Source: Eledone cirrhosa
Lineage: Eukaryota
Length of the DNA stretch: 64,000 nt
Assembly (NCBI GenBank): GCA_964016885.1
Contig: OZ024743.1
Location: forward strand, 85,932,001 to 85,996,000
Direction: 5' to 3'
Within the stretch, counting starts at the first letter, position 1. Each line of letters begins with the position of its first letter. Positions 26,933-38,463 of this stretch are shown one piece after another. Made by a program: the position numbers and the translations under genes. The notes under the pieces were generated by a model that made no database searches, was not told where the DNA came from, and was given only the letters and a program-made list of their open reading frames with translations.

Positions 26933-26940
<8 letters not shown>
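26542..26940. repeat. ~400-bp inverted repeat of a hammerhead-containing unit (Penelope pLTR-like)
   Basis: The arms are reverse complements (aagacattcacataatcaaaatat ... atattttgattatgtgaatgtctt). A solo copy lies at 49947-50110. Confidence 0.88.
26591..26660 (-). ncRNA. Minimal type I hammerhead ribozyme, intact core
   Basis: ATGTATTTTAT CTGACGA GGACGTACTG aaaaaacagcc CAGTACCTTC GAAA TATATA TA ATAAAACAT. Palindromic stem III, AUA triplet. Confidence 0.75.
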
Positions 26941-26982
<42 letters not shown>

Positions 26983-28866
26983 CGAAAGAAGTGTGGTAAG
27001 GAACTAGGTGGACTATAACGCAACTGAGTACTCAATACTTAAGGTAGTAGAGTGGGTAATAGGAAATTGTTCAAGACCCCGACGGCAGAGCTCAAGCCGA
27101 AACGGCTTGAGCTCTGCCGTCGGGGTCTTGAACAATTTCCTATATATATATATAAAGGTCAACAGAAATAACATATATAGTAATAAATATTTCTTTATTT
27201 GTTGACATAATTTAGATTGAAACGATATGATGAATCAAAGGAACGGAAGATATTTTAAAGAATGCAAAGTGTGCTTTGGATAGTGTGGTAAAGCGTCATG
27301 TTAAAATAAATTTACTGTAGAAAAACAACAAATATGTTTTAAATATATACATAAATAACATTACAAATGCTTAGATAACATTATAAATTGCTCGCGATTC
27401 TTTCAGACGGATATATTCTTTTAATGTTGCAATATTTAAAAAAATGTAAAGGAAGGGGTGAAAACCGAGCCAACATCAGAGCAAAAGAAAAGACAGCAGC
27501 GTCGCGAGGAGTACCGGGCAACCTCTCTAATGATTTCTGAGGCAAGCCAGCACACTCGCAGCGTTGCCTCGGGTGATGGCGAGGCTAATCCGCTGGAACA
27601 TCTAATTTTGTTTGACCCGTTTAGCTTGTTCGGCTAAGGTGGTTAATGGCTTCTTAACCATCGTCTCAGCGTGTATGACCATTTTAACTTATGTTTATAG
27701 CTCTGGTATTTTCTTCATATCCATGGAGCACTTGTCTGCACAATACGGAAGTTGCGTTTCGCTAATTTCTACCCCCCGAAATGCGATTATCGCTAAATTT
27801 ATATTTATAAATAATATATATATATATACAAACGCACATGGCGTCTTATTATAATTGATGGGCAGCTGTGACAAAGAATACTAACAAATATTTGAAAATA
27901 TCCCACATACACTCACCGTAAATGTGTTTATGATTTGACATAAATATTGAACTGTTTCACACCAGCTTACTAGGAGGAAAGGGGAAGCTCGTTTTAGAAA
28001 CTGTATATTGTTTAGCATCCGTTCAGCCTTGAACGACCTATTATCAAAGGTATTCTATCCATGACCATCATAGTTGAATAGTATGTTTTTATTTTTCAAG
28101 CATTGCTTATCTAAGATTATTTTACCGAATGTGTCTTTTCTTCCTTTTAAGACGGTAGTAAGGTATAATTTGTGGAAGATTTGGCTGTTGTTTCTGGCCA
28201 GTCGAACGACCATGTAGAGTTATCTCGTGTAAAGTTTATCTATGCTGTAGGTAAGTTCAATGTGTTACATGTAAGGGAGGGGGGAGTCAAATACAATCTT
28301 AGACAACATAGAAGGAAGGAACAATTCTGCGTAGCAAAGATTATTTCTCGCCAAGGCGGCAGATTGGCAGTATCGGCCAGCATGCTTTGCGACATAGAGT
28401 TACGGCCCTTTACGTTCTGAGTTCAAATTCCGCCGGGGTTAGCTTTGCCTTTCATCCTTACGGGGTCGATAAAATAAAAGTACCAGTCACGCACTGGCTT
28501 CGATTTAATCGATTTTCATCTCCCCAAAATTGCTGGCCTTGTGCCGACATCAGAAACCATTATCATTCTTCTCCAAAGTAACCCAACAAAGGCTGTTGAA
28601 CTTTTCATGTATGCACCCGTAACTCCTGTTGGAGTTGTGACATACGGCGTGTTTTCGACACTTTAAACTGCAGGGGGCCCATTCTACTCCAAGTCTGAAC
28701 ACAGTCGATTTTTTCCCGAGGAGGGACTAATCGACTACAATCCTGAACTGGAATTTTATTTTTATCGACCTCGAAAAGATGAACATTTAATACTGAAGGC
28801 TACAAAAACACTCGTCATCTTTACAGTATACCTATTGCTGCCACAGAATACGACTCGCGCCTACTC

Positions 28867-28870
<4 letters not shown>

Positions 28871-28937
<67 letters not shown>

Positions 28938-29099
28938 TATAATATATATATAATATATATATAATATATAATATAATATATATATAATATAATATATATA
29001 TAATATAATATATATATAATATAATATATATATAATATAATATATATATAATATAATATATAATATATATATATATATAATATATAATATATAATATAT

Positions 29100-29130
<31 letters not shown>

Positions 29131-29149
29131 GCGTATATATATATAATAT

Positions 29150-29180
<31 letters not shown>

Positions 29181-29199
29181 GCGTATATATATATAATAT

Positions 29200-29230
<31 letters not shown>

Positions 29231-29352
29231 GCGTATATATATATAATATATATATATATATATAATATATATATATATATGCGTATATGTATGTATAAAT
29301 ATATATATATAAACACACACACCGACTCTTTCACTATATATATATATATATA
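28871..29352. repeat. (CA)n followed by a compound (TA)n/TAA microsatellite
   Basis: Seen directly. Confidence 0.95.
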
Positions 29353-29976
29353 TGGTGGCTGCCAACTCGTTTTCGAGTACGGCCACTACTTTATATCCAT
29401 GTAGGAGAACCCCTACCGATGCGCTGAACGAGTGTGACTTTTTAGTCCAGCCAGCGACTTGAAAACTCTGGTACAAACACTACACTTGTGACAATTACTG
29501 ACACATAGTGCTGGGCCCATGGTACCATGTGACGACAAGTGCAGAGAGATCTCCAGATATAAAGCAATGCCTGTGCCGTGAAGCTTTTATAGTGAGCAAA
29601 GGCACTGCACAAAGCCAGTCCCACTCTCTTAACCAAGATGATATTTACCAAAAAGAAGAACAAGTCAACATCATTGGATACCATCAGGGTTGCAGGTGTT
29701 ATATCAGAGTTTTCCTTCTCCTAGAATTCTGCCTTGACAAAGGCTAAGGGGTCATCTCTCCCGGTGATTTTGGATGGCTATTGACTCTTAAGAGCTCCTT
29801 TGCCCTTTGACAGGTTTTGTTTTTAGTCCTGCAGGATGTCCAAAGTCACCCTCCTCACCAAGAAACCTTGGTGGGGTTGCCAGTTTAGTCGCCAACGACC
29901 CGACCATGGGACAGGTTGTACTGGGATACATGTTACCAGTAGCACCAACTGGTGACCTGACATATATATATATATA

Positions 29977-30750
29977 CTAGCTGAATTACCCGGCGTTGCC
30001 CTAGTTACTGCTGTTCTTATTCAGATTAGTAAACAATAAATATGAAGATATGTTTGTTTTTTTCTCATAATTATTTCAAAATGTCTATATTTTATTTTTA
30101 AAATATCAAAATTGTAATGATAATAGAATTTAGAAATGAAAATCTGTCAATCTTGAAGCACCTTAGGGTAAACAATATTCATTGTGTCATTTTTTGTTGG
30201 TGTCCAAATGAATAATTGCTACACACTCACACACATACATTTTCATATACATATACTAAGACAGACATACATTCACGCACACCTGTCTGTCATCACATGT
30301 ATCTGTATGTAAAGATGTGTGTGTATTTAATTGTCTGTGTGAAGATGTGTATGCAACTTACATAGTAACGAATTCGCAAATATACAAACGCATACACACT
30401 CATAAAAAATGTGACTCATCGTCGGCAGCGGCGTGGTGTTGGTTTAATATTGTTAACTATAGATATGTTATTTTAGATAAAATATTATATCTTTTAATCC
30501 AAATGAAAGTAAAAATTACATGTTGACACTCCCAGGGTCTAATACTATTTATTACCTTGTAAAATTTGATTTGATTTGGTCCAGACGTTTGGGAATGCAT
30601 AGGAACAGACGGACAGAGAGAGAAAAAAAATGTTATATAGAGAAATTTACGCAACCTGGCCACTGAAATATGCAGTGCTTGCAGAAATAAATAATTAAGG
30701 GAATTCAACCTGTCCAGCCTCTTGTCATTTTACTTTATAATATTATATAC
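29977..30750 (+). mobile_element. Non-autonomous Helitron/Helentron-associated (DINE/HINE-like) element
   Basis: 5' ACTAGCTGAATTACCCGGCGTTGCCC, internal CA/GT-rich tracts and 3' ...ctttataatattatat. Family call rests on terminal resemblance only. Confidence 0.5.
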
Positions 30751-31793
30751 TAATTTAAAGTTTCATAATATGTATTATGATTATGTTTCTCAGTAGAAAA
30801 GTTCAATGGACATTTGCCCAGAGCATCAATAATTCAAATTAAAAGATATATGTATATATAGCGGTTAGAATGTCCCAGGAAAGAATCACTGGACAGATTT
30901 TACAGGCAAAACCAACCGGCAGGAGACCCAGGGCAAAACCCCAAGCAAGATGGTTAGATAACATCCACGAACTTGGCAGGTCACACTTGGGGATCCAGCC
31001 GGATCAGTTGGAGACGGTTGCTTCTGACAGGATCTGGTGGAAGGAGCGTTTGGGGACTCTTCCCCCATGACCATCTCAAGAATAAGTGGGCGCAGAAGGT
31101 ATATAGAGAGAGTGAAAGAGCTATATATCGTTTGAGAAACACGTATTTTGTACATACATACATAATATATATATATATATATATATATTACTTGAGAGAA
31201 GATTACGTGGGTATGGTCATGTGATGTATATGAAAGACGACAGCTGTATAAAATGTGCAGGGCAATCAGAATTGATGGAAGTTAAGGAGTAGGTAGACCC
31301 AGAAAAACCTGGGACGACATGATAAAATCCGACCTCTCTAAGACAATGTCACTGAATCGAGATCTTTGGCGCCACGCAGTAATACAGAAGACCCGCCTTC
31401 CCTACGTACAAAGTTAACCTACAGTCAGTAGGCACCTCTTAACCAAATATACACCCCAACTCACTACCCCTACTCCATCCTCCCACTTCCACCAACCTTT
31501 CTCTGTAAAGTTATGTTGGTACAACATCCAGTCCAAACTAAAGAGGTCGTGTAGGTATCACGACAGAAAAAACACCCAGTCCACGCTGTAAAGTGGTCGT
31601 GTAGGATACGCGGTAAAAAGGCTCCCAGACCACATTGTAAATGTGGTTGGTGTTAGGAAGGGCATCTAGCCGTAGAAAACATGCCAGATACACTCCTATA
31701 CAAGTGAGACACGGCCACCCGATCAATCTTGCCTCAAGTGGGACAATTTCCGTCTAACTCATGCTAGCGTGGAAGATGGGCGTTAAACGATGA

Positions 31794-31833
<40 letters not shown>

Positions 31834-32380
31834 CACATTATATTTATGAAAAAAAATACAAAGTATGTATTTTTTTTCCTAAATATTATGTGCTATATAT
31901 ATATACTGAAAAGTACCTGTTTTTTATGAAGTTTTAAAGAGAAAAAAAAATTTATAATAATAAAAATGTTTCTAGGAAACTAAACGTAAATATATTTGTT
32001 ATATTGATGTACAAATGCTATAAAAAGATAATTGTGTAGCCAATTGTTTGTAAATAGGATAGAGATAATTTGGTGTGCGTGGGAGTTATAGTTACAGTTA
32101 ATCTTCAATGAGTGTAAAGAGGAAGTAAAAAGCATGAATGTAGAGAAAATGAATGTATGTAAGAGAAGCTGTTAGAAAAATTGTTTTGTGTAGGAGTGTT
32201 ACTCTTTCAAACCTTCATATAAACTTGTGTACATAAAGATAATACCTCACAATCCCACACCCACAGGACCAACTTTACCATTAAAGCCAATTAGACATCC
32301 GTCTAGAGAACAGACCTCAGAGAGAAACCTTACTGAATCTTGAAGGATTATATAAATTTGTATCATTAACTTAGATGTAT

Positions 32381-32665
32381 GTACGAGGTTTGTCCCAAAA
32401 GTAACGGTACTGATGTTCTATTTAAATGTATATCAGATGTACATAAAATTAGAAGCTATCTCCTTCAAAACATGATACTTGTGAAGTCACACTGTGGTTC
32501 CAGCGTTTTTTCCATTGATTGTAGCAGTACCAGAAGTTATTTTCTGTGAGTGTCCTTAGCTCATCCTTTAAAATTTTTTGTATGTTTTCCACAGTTCCAA
32601 AATTACCCTTCAACTTCGATTTCAACTTAGGGAAGATGCAGAAATCACATGGAGCTAGAACTTTG
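32381..32665 (-). mobile_element. Mariner C-terminal remnant with TIR
   Basis: Minus strand LAPCDFCIFPKLKSKLK...QWKKRW...FEGD; TIR-like tacgaggtttgtcccaaaagta. Confidence 0.8.
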
Positions 32666-32904
32666 TTGTAATTGAAAGTGCTGTATGAACAGGTGCATTA
32701 TTGGACTTGCTGGACCTGTTTTCGAAGTCATTCCAAGACATCTTTGTAGAAGGTGCGATTAAAAATTATTTCTGGACAATACCACGGTTGTCGATAAAAG
32801 TGATAATCATCACTCCTATATACATGAAGGAGGTGTTGCAACAAATATCATACAGAGGGCTCATATCGTCATTTCATGCAATCAATAAACATCTTTGGCA
32901 TGTA

Positions 32905-33790
32905 GCATCATCATCATCTTCGTTTAACGTCCATCTTCCACGCTAGCATGGGTTAGACAGGAGTTGTCTTACGTGAGGCAAGGTTGGTCGGGTGACCGCG
33001 TCTCACTCATATAGGACTATCTGGCAGGTTTTCTACGGCTGGATGCCCTTCCTAACACCAACCACATTTACAGTGTGGAACTGAGAACTTTTTACAGTGT
33101 TACCTACACGGCCACATTACAGCGTGGACTGTGTGTGTTTTTTGTTGTGACACCTACATGATCTCAATTTCATTATCTCATTTATTTGGACTGGATGTTG
33201 TGGTACCAACTTTACAGAGAGAGGGTGGTGTTGGTGGGAGTGGGAGGATAGGGTAGGGGTAGTGGATTGGGATGTATATTTGGTTAAGAGGTGCCTAGTG
33301 ACTAGGTTTCGCTTTGTACATAGGCAAGGCGGGTCTTCTGTATTACTGTGTAGCGTCAAAGATCTCGGTCCAGTCCAGTGACATTGTCTTAGAGAGGTGC
33401 AAGTGTGTAAGGTCGGAATTTATCAGGTCGTCCCAGGTTTTTCTGGGTCTACCTACTCCGTAACTACCATCAATTTTGATCGCCCTGCACTTTTTTATAC
33501 AGCTGTCGTCTTTCATGCGCATCACATGGCCATACCAACGTAGTCTTCTCTCAAGTAAACAGCATCTGATCCCTCTTATTCCTAATTTCTCACTTAATTC
33601 ATTTATGCTTTGCCGTTCACGTATATTACTATTACACATCCAACGGAGCATGCATGCTTCATTCCTTTCCAGTCTGCGCAGGTCCTCTGCACGCAATGCC
33701 CATGTCTCACTGCCATGTAGCATTGCTATTCGTATACAGGCATCATACAATCTGCCTTTCATTTTTAGAGAGAAACCTTTTGTGGCCATC
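32905..33790 (-). mobile_element. 5'-truncated RTE LINE with 3'UTR
   Basis: ORF 33343-33789 (KGRLYDAC..LHGSETW..RLRWYGHV). Family copies at about 31190-31797, 41381-42115 and 63775-64000. Confidence 0.9.
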
Positions 33791-34459
33791 CCGTTTTGAC
33801 TCTGGCTACTGTACTTTCAGAACACCCTCCACCACTGCTGATTTCATCACCAAAGCAGTAGAGAGGGTGTTATAGTGTTACGACCTGCAACATTATTTGG
33901 CATGGGAGAGTATGGACTGTGTAGTAGAAAATGCAGGCTTAATTTTCTAAGTGTGCGCAGAGTAAGAAATGTCAAAACTAGGTTTGTCAGCTTGCCAAAT
34001 TGTTAGTTGAAATTATTTTATTTGGGAAAATGAGATGCATATTGTAGGGCTAGCCTAGGGAGCTAAATACCCAGGCACCAGCCCTGCCTTCCCACATTCA
34101 GACATTACAACCATCAGCCTCAATGCTTCTCTGTGACAATGTTTTGTCAATAACTCTTCACACACCTTTGGGACCCCAGATGAACTTGGAATCCTAGGTA
34201 GTAACACAATGACTCATTAAGTTTTTACAGCTAATTTTCATTTCATACACTGCTACTTGGCCAGTCGGCTGTGTGGACTCAATACCAAGTGCTTGGGGAC
34301 GTTGGTGGTAGATCGAAGAAGTCACAAATATGCTCAAATACCTGCAGCATGATATTATTACAGGTTCCCAGAAATACACTGGGATAATTGCTGGCCTTGT
34401 GCCAAAAGTAGAAACAATTATTACAGGTCCCACACCTTGCTGCAGATCACTAGCTTTAT

Positions 34460-35088
34460 CATACATACATACATACATATATATATACATATATACACAT
34501 ACATATACATATATATATATACATATATACACATACATACATATATATATACATACATACATATACATATATATATACATACATACATATATATATACAT
34601 ACATACATACATATACATACATACATATACATACATACATATACATATATATATACATACATACATATATATATACATACATACATATACATACATACAT
34701 ATACATACATACATATACATACATATATACATACATACATATACATATATATATACATACATATACATATATATATACATACATATACATATATATATAC
34801 ATACATATACATATATATATACATACATATACATATATATATACATACATATACATATATATATACATATACATATACATATATATATACATACATATAC
34901 ATATACATATATATATACATACATATACATACATATACATATGTATATACATACATATACATATATATATACATACATATACATATATATATATACATAC
35001 ATATATATATATACATACATATATATATATACATACATACATACATATACATACATACATACATATACATATATATACATACATATAC

Positions 35089-35137
<49 letters not shown>

Positions 35138-35312
35138 CATATATATACATATACATATATACACATATATATATATATATACGTACATATATATATACAT
35201 ATACATATATACACATATATATACATATACATATATACATATATATACATATATATATATATATACATATATATACATATACATATATACATATATATAC
35301 ATATATATATAC

Positions 35313-35345
<33 letters not shown>

Positions 35346-35566
35346 CATATATATATATACATATATATACATATATATATATATACATATATATACATAT
35401 ACATATAATATATATATACATATATATACATATACATACATATACATATATATACATATACATATATATACACATATATACATATACATATATATACACA
35501 TATATATATATATATATATATACATACATATACATATATATACATATACATATATATACACATATA

Positions 35567-35604
<38 letters not shown>

Positions 35605-35622
35605 CATATATATACACATATA

Positions 35623-35660
<38 letters not shown>

Positions 35661-35673
35661 CATATATATACAC

Positions 35674-35710
<37 letters not shown>

Positions 35711-36315
35711 CATATATATACACATATATATATATATATACACATATATATATATATATACACATATATATATATATACATATATATACAAATATATATA
35801 TATATACATATATATACAAATATATATATATATACATATATATACAAATATATATATATATACATATATATACACATATATATATATATACATATATATA
35901 CACATATACATATATATACACATATATATACACATATACATATATATACACATATATACACATATACATATACATACATATATATACACATATATATATA
36001 CATATATATACACATATATATATATACATATATACACATATATATATATATACATATATATATATACATATATATATATACATATATATATATACATATA
36101 TATATATACATATATATATATACATATATATATATACATATATATATATACATATATATATATACATATATATATATACATATATACACATATATATATA
36201 TATACATATATATATATACATATATATATATACATATATATATATACATATATATATATACATATATATATATACATATATACACATATATATATATATA
36301 CATATATATATATAC

Positions 36316-36364
<49 letters not shown>

Positions 36365-36405
36365 CATATATATATATACATATATATATATACATATATA
36401 TACAC

Positions 36406-36436
<31 letters not shown>

Positions 36437-36447
36437 CATATATATAC

Positions 36448-36496
<49 letters not shown>

Positions 36497-36561
36497 CATA
36501 TATACATATACATATATACATATACATATATACATATACATATACATATATACATATACAT

Positions 36562-36606
<45 letters not shown>

Positions 36607-36613
36607 TATATAC

Positions 36614-36654
<41 letters not shown>

Positions 36655-36751
36655 TATATACATATATATATATACATATATATATACATATATATATATA
36701 CATATATATATACATATATATATATACATATATATATACATATATATATAC

Positions 36752-36792
<41 letters not shown>

Positions 36793-36990
36793 TATATACA
36801 TATATATACATATACATATATATATATACATATACATATATATATATATATATATATACATATATATATACATATATATACATATATATACATATACATA
36901 TATATATATACATATACATATACATATATATATATACATATATATATATACATATATATACATACATATATATACATATATATATATATA
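34460..36990. repeat. ~2.5-kb compound (TA)n/(TACA)n microsatellite
   Basis: Seen directly; the long Y/I/M/C ORFs here are artefacts. Confidence 0.97.
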
Positions 36991-37650
36991 CATCATCATC
37001 AACGTTTAACGTCCGTGTTCCACGCTTGCATGGGTTTGGACGGGGGTTTTCCCACTTGAGGCAAGAGCGATTGTCTTGCTCGCATAGGACCGTCTGGCAG
37101 GTTTTCTACAGTTGGATGCCCTTCCTAACACCAACCACATTTACAGTGTGGGTCTGGGAGGTTTTTACCGTGTTGCCTACACGGCCACATTACAGCGTGG
37201 ACTGTGTGTTTTTTTGTCGTGACACCTACACGATCTCATTTGTTTCGGCCTGGATGGCTCCCTGTCTCCCTCTCTCTAGATCAACAAGCTCTCTCTCTCT
37301 AGATCAACAAGCTCTCTCTCTCTATCTCCTCTCTCTCCCTCTGACCTTCCCCCCACTCTTCCCGCTATCTCTCTCTCTCCCCCTTTTCTTTTCTTTTCTT
37401 TTCTTTTGTTTCTCTTTCTTTTTCTCGCTCTCTTTTCCTCTAGATCGCTCCTTCAATATCTCACTGGACTTATATCTATCTCCCTCCCTCCCTCTGTCCC
37501 TCTCTAACCTCTACCCTACACTTCCCACTGTCTCTCTTTCTCCCCTCCACAGCAAAATGGACTGCATGCAGGAAAAAGGTGAAATTAGGAGTCAACGAAA
37601 CTGGTCAAAGATGGAACTAGTGGTTTTGATCGAGGGTTGGACCATGGCTG

Positions 37651-38463
37651 ATGGGGTCTCCACCAAGCAAAAAGATGGCGGAGAACCTGAAGAGCCATGG
37701 GTTTCTGAGGACCCTGGCACAGATAGAGAGAAAGAGAAAAGAAATTGAGAAGGCGTATGTCCTCATAGCGCCACATATGGCGATGCTAAGCCGTGTCCTC
37801 AGGGAGGAGAAAACCGAAGAGAGGGATGAGGAGAAAGAGAGGGAGAAGGAAGAGGAAAAAGAAAAGGAGGAGAGCACAAGCACGGACCTGAAAGAAAATG
37901 ATATACCCTCCACCACATGCAGGGAGGGCAGGCCGGGCAACCAACAAGCAAAGGGCAAAGGTGAAAAGCGAAATCACCTTCCGAAGGAGAACCAAGCGCA
38001 GAGGGACCAGTGGACAACTGTTCAAAGGAAGAACAGAAAGCACCGAGACACTGGGAGCAAAAAAACCCAAGTAATGTGCAAGTTTTTCAAGAACGGGACA
38101 TGCTGGCATGGAGAGACAGGGATGGGATGCAGATTCGCCCACCCTAGGTCTCAAACGAACTATGCCCATCATACTCGCGCAACATGCCCCAGCCAAAGCC
38201 GAAATAAGCCGCTCCAGAAGTATGCTGATGTCGCGCGTGCCGCACCAACAAGGAGAAGGCACGCACATGCCGACGAGATACAGATGGCAGCAGCAGATCA
38301 GAAAAATTTTTTAGTGATGGCAGAGAAGATTGTGGGACAGCTGACCTGGCTGCATCGTCTCCAGAGCCAAGGTCATCCCCACCAGCACTCGAGACCACCA
38401 GACCAGGTGTCATACCGACAGCCATTACTGGCACCCCAAAAGTCACACCAGTTCTGCTGCTGA
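37651..38463 (+). CDS. LINE ORF1 with charged helical region and CCCH zinc finger
   Basis: 270-aa ORF; [22 protein letters not shown] = C-x7-C-x8-C-x3-H. Confidence 0.7.
   Translation: MGSPPSKKMAENLKSHGFLRTLAQIERKRKEIEKAYVLIAPHMAMLSRVLREEKTEERDEEKEREKEEEKEKEESTSTDLKENDIPSTTCREGRPGNQQAKGKGEKRNHLPKENQAQRDQWTTVQRKNRKHRDTGSKKTQVMCKFFKNGTCWHGETGMGCRFAHPRSQTNYAHHTRATCPSQSRNKPLQKYADVARAAPTRRRHAHADEIQMAAADQKNFLVMAEKIVGQLTWLHRLQSQGHPHQHSRPPDQVSYRQPLLAPQKSHQFCC

Noticed and set aside
34194-37059. ORFs of 800-900 aa rich in Y/I/M/C/H (also at 28.8-29.5 kb and 42-45.4 kb)
   Set aside because: They are translations of stop-free TA microsatellites, not genes.
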